Source: Pseudomonadota bacterium
Lineage (GTDB): Bacteria; Bdellovibrionota_C; UBA2361; OMII01
Direction: 5' to 3'
NCBI GenBank assembly: GCA_038134595.1
Contig: JAYPVM010000006.1
Coordinates: forward strand, 32,001-96,000
DNA: 64,000 nucleotides
The notes under the pieces were generated by a model, which did not search any database, was not told the origin of the DNA, and saw only the letters and a program-made list of their open reading frames with translations. Shown in pieces: positions 10,930-21,605 of this stretch; position 1 is the stretch's first letter, and each line of letters opens with the position of its first letter. A program made the translations under genes and the position numbers.

Positions 10930-12084
10930 CTAGCTTCCTCCCCGAGGGAGTCCTAGCACTCTTTCAGCTATAATCGAACGCTGAATCTCCGAGGTCCCGG
11001 CGGCGATAGTCCTACCTCGCGAATATAAATACTGGTGAATTACCTTGAAACTCGGAGAACTATGCTCTCCAAGCGCGGCTCCAACTCCTTCAATAGAGAG
11101 CGCAAGCTTGCATAAATCCTGAAAGGTCTCACTCCATAATAGTTTATCCATCGAGCCCTCTGGTCCTGGGCTCTTATCGCTGGCATACGAAGTAAGATGC
11201 TCATATGCCAGAGCTCTTGTCCTACATGCATCAACGATGCTTTCGGCAATTTTGATAATATGTGCTTCAGAGAGACTCTCCTCTGGCTTTGCTAACAGCT
11301 CTCTAAGCGCCACTTCAGATTGAAGCTGCCTTGAAAACGTTAAAATCACTCTCTCATACATCAGGGTTGATATAGCTATTTTCCAACCGTCTCCCTCCGC
11401 TCCGACTCTATTTTCAGTCGGAACGAACACCTGATCGAAAAAAACCTCATTAAACTCATCATCGCCACTTATTTGCTTGAGGGATCGAATTGTTATCCCC
11501 TCAGACGATAGCGGTACCAACAAATACGACAAGCCTTCGTGTTTGCGCTCTAAGAATTCTGAAGTCCGACACAACACAAAACACCAATCAGCACAGTGCG
11601 CAAAACTCGTCCATATCTTCTGCCCCGAGACCCTGTATCCCCCCTCTACGGGCTCCGCTTTAGTCTTCACGGCGGCTAAATCACTTCCAGCCCCAGGTTC
11701 TGAAAAACCCTGACACCATATCTCTTTTCCACTCAAAATGTTCGGTAAGAACCGTTCTCTCTGCGCATCTGAGCCATGAGATATTAAGACTGGGCCGACC
11801 ATCGTAATACCAAAAAGCCCTAAGATCTGCGGCGCGCCAATACGAGCAAGCTCTTCCTGAACTACCGCTTCTTCAACGAGCGTGCGGCTCTTACCACCAA
11901 ACTTCTCAGGCCAATGATTGCCGAGCCAACCGGCATTCGCCAAACGACGATGCCACTCTCTTCCTATTTTTTCGAAGGTTTCAAGCGAACTATCAGTATA
12001 AACTGGGGGTGGATTATTAGAGAGCCACGCACCGAACTCCTCTCTGAACGAGTCAATCTCTGGAGAGATAGATAGCTTTATCAC
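10930..12084 (-). CDS. Acyl-CoA dehydrogenase family protein
   Basis: WCQGFSEPGAGSDLA, GQKIWTS, FNEVFFD and TIAAGTSEIQR motifs. Confidence 0.95.
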   Translation of the reverse strand: MIKLSISPEIDSFREEFGAWLSNNPPPVYTDSSLETFEKIGREWHRRLANAGWLGNHWPEKFGGKSRTLVEEAVVQEELARIGAPQILGLFGITMVGPVLISHGSDAQRERFLPNILSGKEIWCQGFSEPGAGSDLAAVKTKAEPVEGGYRVSGQKIWTSFAHCADWCFVLCRTSEFLERKHEGLSYLLVPLSSEGITIRSLKQISGDDEFNEVFFDQVFVPTENRVGAEGDGWKIAISTLMYERVILTFSRQLQSEVALRELLAKPEESLSEAHIIKIAESIVDACRTRALAYEHLTSYASDKSPGPEGSMDKLLWSETFQDLCKLALSIEGVGAALGEHSSPSFKVIHQYLYSRGRTIAAGTSEIQRSIIAERVLGLPRGGS

Positions 12085-12117
12085 TGCATCGGCTCCTGCT
12101 AATAATCAAGGATCGGC

Positions 12118-13647
12118 TTAAAGGTGACTCCACGAGTGCCCTCTGGCATGTAACAGCTCATCGGCTTCGGAGGGGCCCCACGATCCTGCCTGATATGTAC
12201 ATACTGGAGGAGCTTCCGCACTGTTCCACACTTTAAATATCGGCGCTAACAAATCCCATGATTGCTCAATCTCGTCGTCACGAGTAAACAGTGTTGCATC
12301 ACCCTTCATCACATCGAGAAGAAGTCGCTCATAAGCCTCAGGAGATGAACCTCCAAAAGAATCATCATACGTAAAATCCATCTCAACCTGCCGAACTCTA
12401 AACCTCGGGCCCGGCTGTTTTGAGGTAATACTAAGCGACATTCCCTCCTCTGGTTGCACCTGAATGGAAAGCACGTTGTGCTCTAATTCGCCGTGAATCC
12501 TGCCCTTAAAAAGCGAATTGGGAGCTTTATTAAAAAACACCTTGATTTCCGTCACTCGTTTGGCTAGTCGCTTTCCTGCTCTGATATAGATTGGAACACC
12601 ACTCCAGCGCCAATTATCAATCTCAAGACGCATCGCAACGTAGGTATCTGTTGTGGAGTCGGCTTTCACTCCCTTTTCGTCACGATAACCAGGCACCACT
12701 TCACCACCAACGTTCCCACTTGCATATTGCGCTCGAACCGTATTTTCTCGAACCTCGGCATCGGTCATTCGCTTGATCGAACGTAATACCTTTGACTTCT
12801 CATCACGGATACCCTTTGCATCGCTTAGAGAGTTCGGTGGCTCGATACAGAGTAACGACAACATTTGCAGCGCATGATTCTGAACAATATCTCGAACAAT
12901 GCCGTTCTCATCAAAATATGCGGCTCGATTGCCGATACCAATATCTTCGCACACAGATATCTGAATTTGGTCGATATACTTTCGGTTCCACAATGGTTCA
13001 AACATTCCGTTTGCAAAGCGAAAAACCAATATATTTTGAACAGTCTCTTTCCCAAGATAATGGTCGATACGAAAAATCTGCTCTTCAGCGAGACTCTTTC
13101 GAAGAACTTCGTTTAAATCCCTGGCCGACTCGGTATCATAGCCAAAGGGTTTTTCCACAACAACTGATGTGCGCCGTTTTGAGGAACCAAATTCTTCGAT
13201 TAATCCTACATCCTTCAGGTTTGATGCTATGGGGCCAAAAAACTGCGGCGCCATAGCTAAGTAATAAACATAGTTGTAGAGCACATCTCGCTCTCCAGTA
13301 ACCGAGAGCATCCTCTCTTTGAGAGCATCAAAATCTTTCAAGACCTCCCCGTCACACGGCTGATAGAAGAGGTTTTTTGAGAACTTATCCCAGACTTGAT
13401 GAGAGATTGTACGTCTTGAGTGCGCCTGAATCCCCTCGTATACACGGCTGCGAAATTCCTCATCACTTAGTTTAGAGCGCGAGGAGCCGATGACGATAAA
13501 ATCTTCTGGCAAAAATCCATCCTCTGCTAAATTACACAGAGCCGGTATAAGCTTTCGTGACGTCAAGTCTCCACTAGCTCCAAATATGACCAACAAAGTT
13601 GCTGGAGGCGGCGTCGGTGCTACGTCTTCTGATATCTTCGAAACCAT
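12118..13647 (-). CDS. zwf: Glucose-6-phosphate 1-dehydrogenase
   Basis: GASGDL, EKPFG, RIDHYLGKETVQN and RWSGVPIYIRAGK motifs. Confidence 0.98.
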   Translation of the reverse strand: MVSKISEDVAPTPPPATLLVIFGASGDLTSRKLIPALCNLAEDGFLPEDFIVIGSSRSKLSDEEFRSRVYEGIQAHSRRTISHQVWDKFSKNLFYQPCDGEVLKDFDALKERMLSVTGERDVLYNYVYYLAMAPQFFGPIASNLKDVGLIEEFGSSKRRTSVVVEKPFGYDTESARDLNEVLRKSLAEEQIFRIDHYLGKETVQNILVFRFANGMFEPLWNRKYIDQIQISVCEDIGIGNRAAYFDENGIVRDIVQNHALQMLSLLCIEPPNSLSDAKGIRDEKSKVLRSIKRMTDAEVRENTVRAQYASGNVGGEVVPGYRDEKGVKADSTTDTYVAMRLEIDNWRWSGVPIYIRAGKRLAKRVTEIKVFFNKAPNSLFKGRIHGELEHNVLSIQVQPEEGMSLSITSKQPGPRFRVRQVEMDFTYDDSFGGSSPEAYERLLLDVMKGDATLFTRDDEIEQSWDLLAPIFKVWNSAEAPPVCTYQAGSWGPSEADELLHARGHSWSHL

Positions 13648-13692
13648 GGTCGTTCTCGTATCCTCGTTTGTGGTAGCCTAAAACGGCGCTAC

Positions 13693-14817
13693 TTAGATCT
13701 GGCTCCGCTTCATCTCTATCGATGCCAATAGATCCTTGTAAGATTGAACAAAACTCTCTACTCCAGCTTTCTGCAGTTCGTCTAGAATTGCCTCAAATGA
13801 GACTCCGACATCACCGAGTCCTCTTAGCAGCTCCTTTGCTTCGGCCAAGCCAGCGTGAAGCGCGTCAGTTATATCCGCGTCAGCTATTAATGCCTTCAAG
13901 GTTGCCGGAGGCATTGTATTTACAGTATCTCTTCCCGCAAGCTCTTCGACATACAAAACGGGACTAAAGCTAGGGTTTTTTGTTCCTGTGCTCGCCCAAA
14001 GTGGCCGTTGCACACGGGCACCGGCTTCTTTGAGGGGTGCGAATCGTTGCCCCAAAAACAAACCTTCGTATGCCTCATACGCGATTTTCGAATTGGCGAT
14101 TCCTATTTTTCCCAAAAATTTATCTTTAGTGCCCCCATCGACTGTTCCTCCAGTAATGAGCGCGTCGAGCGCCTTCTCAACACTAGCGTCCACCCGGGAA
14201 ATAAAAAAGCTCGCTACCGACGCTATGCGTGAAATATCCTCTCCTCGCCCCTTTCTAGCTTCGAGCGCTTTAAGATACGCTTCCGCTACAGCCTCATAAA
14301 CCTCTTTAGAAAAGATAAGCGTTACGTTGACGTTGATACCCCGCTCCAAGGTCTTCTCAATAGCGGGAATACACGCCGGAGTCGCGGGAATCTTGATCAT
14401 AATGTTCGGCCTGTCGAGCTTTGCCCATAGACGCTCTGCCGCAGCAACCGTGCCTGCCTCATCATTAGAGAGGTTCGGAGACACCTCAATACTTGCATAT
14501 CCATCTGCACCATCTGTGGCGTCATAAATTGGTTTTAATAGATCTGCTGCAGCCGCTACATCCTGAATCATTAACTCCTCACACAGACTCTCTGTATCAA
14601 GGGACTGCAACTCACTTGCCTTCATTGCCTCATCATAATTATCACTGTCAGCAATCGCCTGTTTAAAGATGGTAGGATTACTCGTTAAACCCGAAACGCC
14701 TGTCTGAATCAGCGAGGCAAGCTCCCCTGAACGAAGAACGTCTCTTGATAAATTGTCATACCAAACCGATTGCCCGAGGTTATTTAGTGAAACGATATGG
14801 GGGCTCTTCTCTGTCAT
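13693..14817 (-). CDS. tal: Transaldolase
   Basis: GQSVWYDNLSR, TSNPTIF, IKIPAT, NVTLIFS and LWASTGTKNP motifs. Start at ATG 14817 with GGAG upstream. Confidence 0.96.
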   Translation of the reverse strand: MTEKSPHIVSLNNLGQSVWYDNLSRDVLRSGELASLIQTGVSGLTSNPTIFKQAIADSDNYDEAMKASELQSLDTESLCEELMIQDVAAAADLLKPIYDATDGADGYASIEVSPNLSNDEAGTVAAAERLWAKLDRPNIMIKIPATPACIPAIEKTLERGINVNVTLIFSKEVYEAVAEAYLKALEARKGRGEDISRIASVASFFISRVDASVEKALDALITGGTVDGGTKDKFLGKIGIANSKIAYEAYEGLFLGQRFAPLKEAGARVQRPLWASTGTKNPSFSPVLYVEELAGRDTVNTMPPATLKALIADADITDALHAGLAEAKELLRGLGDVGVSFEAILDELQKAGVESFVQSYKDLLASIEMKRSQI

Positions 14818-14951
14818 CCTAACAATACTCCAAAACAATAATGATACGTAACGTACTACTATGCTAGGTATACTGAATTTTGACCGATCGTGAAACTACG
14901 AACTAACAAATAGCGGTCGTAGGGCGTTAAAAATCAGGCTGACTAGCCCCC

Positions 14952-15737
14952 CTACCCCCGTATAATTCTCGGAATATCCATCTGACCAGGATACGAGAGG
15001 GCTTTCCGCTTTCTATTCCGGTAGAACTGATATGTCGTAAGAAGGCAATGCATCGCGTATGGGATACCATTCACATGACAAATTTCATCTCCGTAATACG
15101 TCGGAATAGGCCGTTCAACGATCCTTAGATTGCGCTCCGCCATAGCTAGAATAATTTGCGTGTCAAAATGCCATGTATTGGTAAACGACTGAAAAGGTAG
15201 CTGCTGCAAAGCATTTGTTGAATACAACCGGTAACCCGAATGATATTCTGAAAGATTGAGACCTGACAACCGGTTTTGAATGCCAGTCAAAATTCGATTA
15301 CCCACGAACTTGTACATCGGCATCCCCCCTTTGAGTGCCTCAAAGGGCTTAGACATACGAGACCCGAAAACCATATCCGCCTCTCCTGCGACCAAAGGCT
15401 CCAATAAGGAAGGTAGAGCCTCCGGTGCATATTGTCCGTCACCATGAATCAACGCCACTACGTCAAGGCCTCTATCAATGGCGTACTGGTATCCTACTTT
15501 CTGATTACCACCATACCCCTGATTTTTTTCATTGCGATGCACAGTAAGCTTATCAATCCCATACTGAGCCTTGTATCCCAGAGCCGCATAGTATGAGTTG
15601 TCGCTACTACAATCATCGATCACAAAAATCTCTTCGACGTCGTCGTAGACTTCCTTAGGGATTCTGGCAATCGTTTTATTCAAATGATTGACAGCATTAT
15701 AGGCAATTATAAAGAGACCTATCTTTGGCTTTCTCAT
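14952..15737 (-). CDS. Glycosyltransferase family 2 (DPM/polyprenol-P synthase-like)
   Basis: IIAYN, IDDCSSD, NQGYGGNQK, HGDGQY and PTYYGDEICHVNG motifs. Confidence 0.92.
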   Translation of the reverse strand: MRKPKIGLFIIAYNAVNHLNKTIARIPKEVYDDVEEIFVIDDCSSDNSYYAALGYKAQYGIDKLTVHRNEKNQGYGGNQKVGYQYAIDRGLDVVALIHGDGQYAPEALPSLLEPLVAGEADMVFGSRMSKPFEALKGGMPMYKFVGNRILTGIQNRLSGLNLSEYHSGYRLYSTNALQQLPFQSFTNTWHFDTQIILAMAERNLRIVERPIPTYYGDEICHVNGIPYAMHCLLTTYQFYRNRKRKALSYPGQMDIPRIIRG

Positions 15738-17203
15738 CGCAACAGTTTCCCCACTAAATCGTATCCGGATACTTCAGTTATTTCGACTACGCCAATATAT
15801 CCAGCCGAAATATTGTGCAACCCGTCGGATACATCATTGATTAAAATCGAACCATCTACCTCTGGTGCCTGAAACGAAGCTCGTCCAACCAACAACAGAT
15901 CAGTATCTTCGTGAACACCTTCAACTAACGTCAATAGCTGCTTACCCACATACTCCTCATTTCTCTGCATCATAACCTTTTGCTGAGCTAACATCACTCG
16001 CTCTCGTCGACGCTGCTTCTCCTTATCTGAAACATCATCTTCCATCGTATGGGCAAGCGTCCCCTCCTCAGCTGAATAGGTGAAAACTCCAACACTCTCA
16101 AAATACCCCTCGGCAATAAACCGCTCCAATTCCTCGACATCAGCATCAGTTTCTCCGGGGAATCCAACGATGAAAGTAGTACGTAGTCTTATCTCCGGGG
16201 CGACCTCTTTGACCCACTCCACAAAACGACGGGAGCCGAATCGCCCGATAGGCCTGCGCATAGCCTTCAAAACTCTCTCACTTGCATGCTGAAGCGGCAC
16301 ATCAAGATAGCTACATACACGAGGTAATGTAACAATTGTCTTCAGAAGCGATTCTGAGACCCCAACTGGATACGCATACAACAATCGAATCCATTCAACG
16401 GCACCATCACTGTCGATTGCTTTCAAAAGCTCTTCAAGGCTTTCTCCTTCGCGATCGGACCCATATGAAGTCAGGTCTTGCGCCACCAAGTTTATCTCTT
16501 TAACACCCTGTGCTCCGAGCGCCCTAATCTCGTTGCGGATCGATTCAATTGACCGACTCCGCATCCCTCCCCGAAGCTTCGGGATAATGCAAAATGCACA
16601 TGGACGATTACACCCTTCAGAAACTTTTACGTAGGCCATATGCGACTGCGACGAAAGGTGTCGAGGCATGGTATCATCATATATAAAATACGGTCTTCCA
16701 CCCTCTCGAAGAGTAGCCGCCATAGCTTGTTCCGAATCTTGTGCCAACGCTGCCACATTAAGCACGCCGTCAATGTCGATAAAAGCATCAACTTCAGGAA
16801 GAGCCGCTCGAATATCGCCCTTGTAGCGTTCAACCATGCAACCAGCAACTAACAACCGTCGCAAACTACCACTCTTCTTTAGCTCAGATAATTCAAGAAC
16901 ACAGTCAACACTCTCTTTGACAGCACTTTCAAGAAATCCGCATGTATTGATAACAGCGACATCGGCAAGCGTCAGATCGTTAACGATTTCAAATCCGGCG
17001 TTGCGAAGCACGCCTATCATGACCTCAGAATCAACCTGGTTTTTGGCGCAGCCTAAAGTTACTACCGCGGCACGACCTGCGAATGTCTTTGTCCCATCCA
17101 CCCCAACAGGCTCTGATATATTAACCGCGACAGAACCACACGACTGAGCTCGAGATTCATCATTGGAAACGATCGATAGTAACGACTTCATAAACAGATA
17201 CAC
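15734..17203 (-). CDS. rimO: Ribosomal protein S12 methylthiotransferase (start uncertain)
   Basis: TLGCAKNQVDSE, NTCGF, EGCNRPCAFCIIP, RLLYAYP and APEVDG motifs. Confidence 0.95.
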   Translation of the reverse strand: MYLFMKSLLSIVSNDESRAQSCGSVAVNISEPVGVDGTKTFAGRAAVVTLGCAKNQVDSEVMIGVLRNAGFEIVNDLTLADVAVINTCGFLESAVKESVDCVLELSELKKSGSLRRLLVAGCMVERYKGDIRAALPEVDAFIDIDGVLNVAALAQDSEQAMAATLREGGRPYFIYDDTMPRHLSSQSHMAYVKVSEGCNRPCAFCIIPKLRGGMRSRSIESIRNEIRALGAQGVKEINLVAQDLTSYGSDREGESLEELLKAIDSDGAVEWIRLLYAYPVGVSESLLKTIVTLPRVCSYLDVPLQHASERVLKAMRRPIGRFGSRRFVEWVKEVAPEIRLRTTFIVGFPGETDADVEELERFIAEGYFESVGVFTYSAEEGTLAHTMEDDVSDKEKQRRRERVMLAQQKVMMQRNEEYVGKQLLTLVEGVHEDTDLLLVGRASFQAPEVDGSILINDVSDGLHNISAGYIGVVEITEVSGYDLVGKLLR

Positions 17204-17212
17204 CGGGTAATC

Positions 17213-17941
17213 TTAACGTCTGTCTACCAAATCTACACCGGTTGGGTAGTCTAAAACAAATCGACTCGATTCAGCAGAAATTGAGTTAACCACCTGATTT
17301 GAAAACACTATCTCCGTAATATTGCCACCAACTGAGGTAATTTTTGCTCCAATAGGTGTTTTTTTCGCCAAATCGACCAATAATATAAAGCCATCAAGCT
17401 CATCATTTTCCCCCTCATGTGCCTGATTGGCCTTGGCTTCAAGGGTCAATGCAAGGTTACTAGAAGCTGTTTTACAAGCAGATAGAACCCGAAAATCCCT
17501 GTCGAGATCTCCAATACCCATCATAAATGCTATCGGAACCGCCGACAAAAGAACCTCCTTGACGTCTTGAATGATAACCTGCTGTGTGTCCACCTGATAG
17601 AGAGACATAACACCATCCCGAATTAGAACCTCCTGTTCTCGGGGAGTCTTATAACTCCACCGCATTCGCCCCGGCTTTGAAAAACTCATCACCCCTGAGC
17701 TCTGTTCCCCCTCGGCCAAAGCCACAATAAATGAGCGCTGCAGGAAATTAGCAGACAATGAATCTATCTTGGCATACTGTTTCTGCACCTCTTGCACTAC
17801 TTGCCGCGCTTCTGTCGTATTAATCCAACTATCAGCACCTCGACACGCGAAAACATCATCCTGCGCCACTGCCAACAAAGGGAAGAAGGAAAACACAATG
17901 ACTCCATACAGAGCACACATCCGAAGCTTAACAATACTCAT
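17213..17941 (-). CDS. lolA: Outer-membrane lipoprotein carrier LolA
   Basis: Signal peptide; LSANFLQ...G.MSFSKPGRMRWSYKTP.EQ motif; adjacent to rimO. Confidence 0.88.
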   Translation of the reverse strand: MSIVKLRMCALYGVIVFSFFPLLAVAQDDVFACRGADSWINTTEARQVVQEVQKQYAKIDSLSANFLQRSFIVALAEGEQSSGVMSFSKPGRMRWSYKTPREQEVLIRDGVMSLYQVDTQQVIIQDVKEVLLSAVPIAFMMGIGDLDRDFRVLSACKTASSNLALTLEAKANQAHEGENDELDGFILLVDLAKKTPIGAKITSVGGNITEIVFSNQVVNSISAESSRFVLDYPTGVDLVDRR

Positions 17942-18139
17942 TTATCACCCTTTTTCCTGGCCTGATTGTTCCATGCAATCGGCTTATAAAGTTTACAAGT
18001 AGAGAGCGTAGCACAGCTGTCCAGAACCTACCCATAGTCCTGCTCGAAGCAGGCTATCGCAATCGTAGTCATGTCATTTGAGATCTGGCAAGGGCAGCTA
18101 TTGTGTCCGACTATTGACTATAAAAGAAAGCAAAACCGA

Positions 18140-18781
18140 CTACTTGTCGATACACGCACGAGAGATCGTGAGACACAATGAAGACTCTGAGCTCTCCATC
18201 CACGGCCATCGTACCGACGCATTTACTTGCGAAACAAGCGCCTGAAGAATCTTAGCCCCCGCTTGAGAAGCCTCTCGCTCTTGTTTGAAATTAATATCAG
18301 GAAATGTAACCACAACATCTAATGACGCTTCAGAGAGAAACATGTCGATTTCAAGCTCACCCTCCATCACTCTTTCGCTCCGAGCCACAAGGCACTGATA
18401 CACAGTCTCGTTAAATAGCAGTCCGATCTGACAGGCGATTCGCGACCGCACTGCGTAGAGATGCGAGGCAGCATTTCCACCGATAGCCACGTTAGATACA
18501 CCATTCATGGAAAGACATGTAGAAAGAACCGAACGCAAATACCCACCGATTACAACTACTGTACCTTCCGTAGCAGTCATATCTACGCTTTCATACATTG
18601 TAGCCATAGAGTAAACACATCCCTCCATTCGCTTAAAAACTCGCCGCGCATCGCAGTCATGCACATCTCCTGAAAAAATTCGCAGTAGACTACATACCGT
18701 TTGAAGGTTATTTTTGAACTCATGTTGAACTCTGCGTAAAGGCTCTAATGCTTCACTCACCCCAGATATCCCCTCTCTCAT
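18140..18781 (-). CDS. Stand-alone HisKA_2-type histidine kinase-like protein with degenerate ATPase domain
   Basis: H-box QHEFKNNLQTVCSLL resembles EIHHRVKNNLQ; N and G boxes are eroded; no sensor domain. Confidence 0.7.
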   Translation of the reverse strand: MREGISGVSEALEPLRRVQHEFKNNLQTVCSLLRIFSGDVHDCDARRVFKRMEGCVYSMATMYESVDMTATEGTVVVIGGYLRSVLSTCLSMNGVSNVAIGGNAASHLYAVRSRIACQIGLLFNETVYQCLVARSERVMEGELEIDMFLSEASLDVVVTFPDINFKQEREASQAGAKILQALVSQVNASVRWPWMESSESSLCLTISRACIDK

Positions 18782-19248
18782 ATCGCTAACACCAAAGAAG
18801 CTGAGCACTAAACAGGGTCGTTTTCTGCCAAACTAGACCCCTCTTCACATCTGCGCCTGGTGACAGGAGCGTTAAAACATTATTAAATCAATAGAAACGT
18901 GGCATTGTTGGCTCCCTTGATGCTCATTGGAGCTTATATACCGAATCCCGGTCCATTAAAGCTATAATACCCAGCCGCTAGAGCACAAGACTTGCCTATA
19001 TACTTCTCGCACAACTATGATCGTTATCAGCACCAACAAGCAGACGAAGAATCGGCGTTCACATCCGCGTCGCAGCTATAAGCCCCCCCGGATTTCCGCC
19101 CAAAGGAAACACAAACCAGAGAGAAAAGTCGATGAACGATTCAGTATTCACCCTAGTAGCTCCGACACTAGATGGCTATGCTCTTTCAGAAAAACCGCTC
19201 CCACTAGTGCCATCGCTAACGCATGTCGTTAAAAACGCCATGAAATCT

Positions 19249-19743
19249 CTACTGTATCGTTGTAATTTCTCGTTCGAGGATAACCGATGAATTCATACCG
19301 ATACCCCTAGCCCGAGCTAATCCTCCCTGAATTTCGATGACATAGAGGCTTGGAGCCGATCCACCTCGGGGCTCCTCGGAAAATGGAGTTGCGTTTTCTA
19401 TGACCTCAACCACTTTCATCTCTTTCGAGATAAACACCATATCTAGTGGTATTTGGGTATTCTTCATCCAAAACGAGTGCGGAGTCTCTTTGGGAAAAAC
19501 AAAGAGCATCCCCTGATTCTCCCTCAGAGAATTACGAAACATGAGCCCCTTCGCCCTCGCCGCCGGAGTTGCGACCACCTCAAGATTCAGATCTAATAAT
19601 ACAGCCCCGCTGTCATCTATAAACTTCCCTGTAATTACCTCCGAGCGAATATCCTTGGAGCAGGCGACCACAAAGAATAAACAGCACAGACCTAACAATA
19701 ATCGAATGCGCGCACCTTGACAGCGCATACAGGTCATCAGCAC
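19249..19743 (-). CDS. DUF192 domain protein (probable lipoprotein; start uncertain)
   Basis: EVVATPAARAKGLMFR, GMLFVF, FWMKNTQIPLDMVFI and YVIEI motifs; VVAC lipobox-like. Confidence 0.9.
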   Translation of the reverse strand: MLMTCMRCQGARIRLLLGLCCLFFVVACSKDIRSEVITGKFIDDSGAVLLDLNLEVVATPAARAKGLMFRNSLRENQGMLFVFPKETPHSFWMKNTQIPLDMVFISKEMKVVEVIENATPFSEEPRGGSAPSLYVIEIQGGLARARGIGMNSSVILEREITTIQ

Positions 19744-20726
19744 TATTTCTTACTTTCAATTAAAGACGTTAACTCTGGCACCACATCGAACAGATCGGCA
19801 ACCAAACCATAATCAGCTACTTCAAAAATCGGAGCATCGGGATCTTTATTTATCGCCACAATCACTTTGGAATCCTTCATTCCTGCCAAATGTTGGATCG
19901 CGCCCGATATTCCGATAGCAAAGTACAGCGACGGCGCTACAACTTTCCCTGTCTGTCCTACCTGCCAGTCATTTGGAGCATATCCGGAATCCACGGCCGC
20001 TCTAGAAGCTCCAACGGCTCCTTTTAGTGCATCGGCGAGTGGAAACACAATCTTTTCAAAATTCTCTGCCGAGGCAAGGGCTCTTCCTCCACTAACTACG
20101 ACCTCTGCATCGGTCAACTCAGGGCGATCTGCCTTAGACTGCTCAAAACCGACGATCTTGCCGAATCTATCTTGCTCCACCAGCTCAGCATCACCAGCCA
20201 GTTCTAAGACCGCCTTCGCGCCACCCTGCGTACCAGGCGTAGCCGCCGAGAACGCAGTTCCTCGAATACTTACTATACGCACGTCGCTGGAAACCTCGAC
20301 ATCTGCTATCACATTTCCAGCATACATCGGACGCTTTAATGACCCGTCTTCGTTGACTCCAATGATATCCGAAGCTTGAGCTCCTTCAAGCAATACTGCG
20401 ACTCGAGGAAGCACGTCCTTGCCAGTGCTGTTAGCGGCACCAACCACTACCGATGCACCCATCTCTTTTGCCGCCAAGGCGATAGCTCTACCAAAGGGTT
20501 CCGCGCGATACTGAGCAAAAAGTTCATCCTCTGAAAACCGAACATCTTCAACTCCGTACTGAAGCAGCTCTTCTGCAGCACTCGCGGCACCCTGACCAAG
20601 AGTTACCGCAGTAATTGCGGCACAGCCCCATACTCTCCGGAGCTCTTCCGCTGCGGTCAACGCAACAAGTGTACTCTTGATTAACTTTCCGTCGTTATGC
20701 TGCGCGAAAACAATTATTTTACCCAT
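19743..20726 (-). CDS. etfA: Electron transfer flavoprotein alpha subunit
   Basis: RPMYAGN, VVSGGR, GASRAAVD, QVGQTGK and GISGAIQHLAGM motifs. Confidence 0.97.
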   Translation of the reverse strand: MGKIIVFAQHNDGKLIKSTLVALTAAEELRRVWGCAAITAVTLGQGAASAAEELLQYGVEDVRFSEDELFAQYRAEPFGRAIALAAKEMGASVVVGAANSTGKDVLPRVAVLLEGAQASDIIGVNEDGSLKRPMYAGNVIADVEVSSDVRIVSIRGTAFSAATPGTQGGAKAVLELAGDAELVEQDRFGKIVGFEQSKADRPELTDAEVVVSGGRALASAENFEKIVFPLADALKGAVGASRAAVDSGYAPNDWQVGQTGKVVAPSLYFAIGISGAIQHLAGMKDSKVIVAINKDPDAPIFEVADYGLVADLFDVVPELTSLIESKK

Positions 20727-20737
20727 CAGTCGATCCC

Positions 20738-21487
20738 TTATAAAACCTTTGCTTCTTCCTGAAGCGCCGCGACAAGCTCTACAACGTCCGCTACTTTTCG
20801 CCCTGCCGAACGAGCCTCTGGAAACACCATCGACTTCACTGAAACTTTCACCTCGGCAGAAACACCAAGTGATTCGAGTGTAATTTCTTCAAAGGGCTTT
20901 TTCTTTGCTTTCATCAGATTAGGAAGAGCTGCATACCGTGGCTCATTTAGACGCAAGTCGGTCGAAATAACACAAGGCATAGGCACCTCAAGCACCTCAA
21001 GCCCACCATCAACTTCGCGAGTAACGGTTGCACGTTCACCCTCAATCTCAACTTTCGACGCAAAACATGCTTGTGGCAAATTAAGCCTTGCAGCAAGAAG
21101 CTGCGCAGTCTGGCTCGAATCTGAATCGATGGCCTGCTTACCCATAATAATCATACCGAATTCATGGCGCGAATAAATCGCTGCAAGCACCCGAGATGCT
21201 AGATCAGAGTCTACGGGCCCGTCGTGATTTACTAAAATTGCCGAGTCAGCACCCATCGCCAACGCGTATTCCAAGCGCGATTTCGTATCACTTGGACCGA
21301 CACTCGCCAAGACTATCTCAGAGACGACTCCCTGTTCTTTGAGTCGAATCGCCTCTTCTACGGCAATTTCGTCAAAAGTGTTTATTATCCACTTAATACC
21401 GTCTCGCTGAATATCAGACCCATCAGCCAACAATTTTAGTTTTATCTGCCAATCCGGCACTCGTTTAATTGGTACTAGTATCTTCAT
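20738..21487 (-). CDS. etfB: Electron transfer flavoprotein beta subunit
   Basis: KILVPIKRVPD, FDEIAVEEA, GKQAIDSD and DLRLNEPRY motifs. Confidence 0.97.
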   Translation of the reverse strand: MKILVPIKRVPDWQIKLKLLADGSDIQRDGIKWIINTFDEIAVEEAIRLKEQGVVSEIVLASVGPSDTKSRLEYALAMGADSAILVNHDGPVDSDLASRVLAAIYSRHEFGMIIMGKQAIDSDSSQTAQLLAARLNLPQACFASKVEIEGERATVTREVDGGLEVLEVPMPCVISTDLRLNEPRYAALPNLMKAKKKPFEEITLESLGVSAEVKVSVKSMVFPEARSAGRKVADVVELVAALQEEAKVL

Positions 21488-21605
21488 ACGCGGATTTTAC
21501 CTCATAGTTGTTCCATCAAGCTAGTACGAATATGCAAGCAAGAAGCTCCTTACCGCAAAAAAACTTCTCGAGACCGACAAACGACCGCCGAGAACACTCA
21601 CTCTT

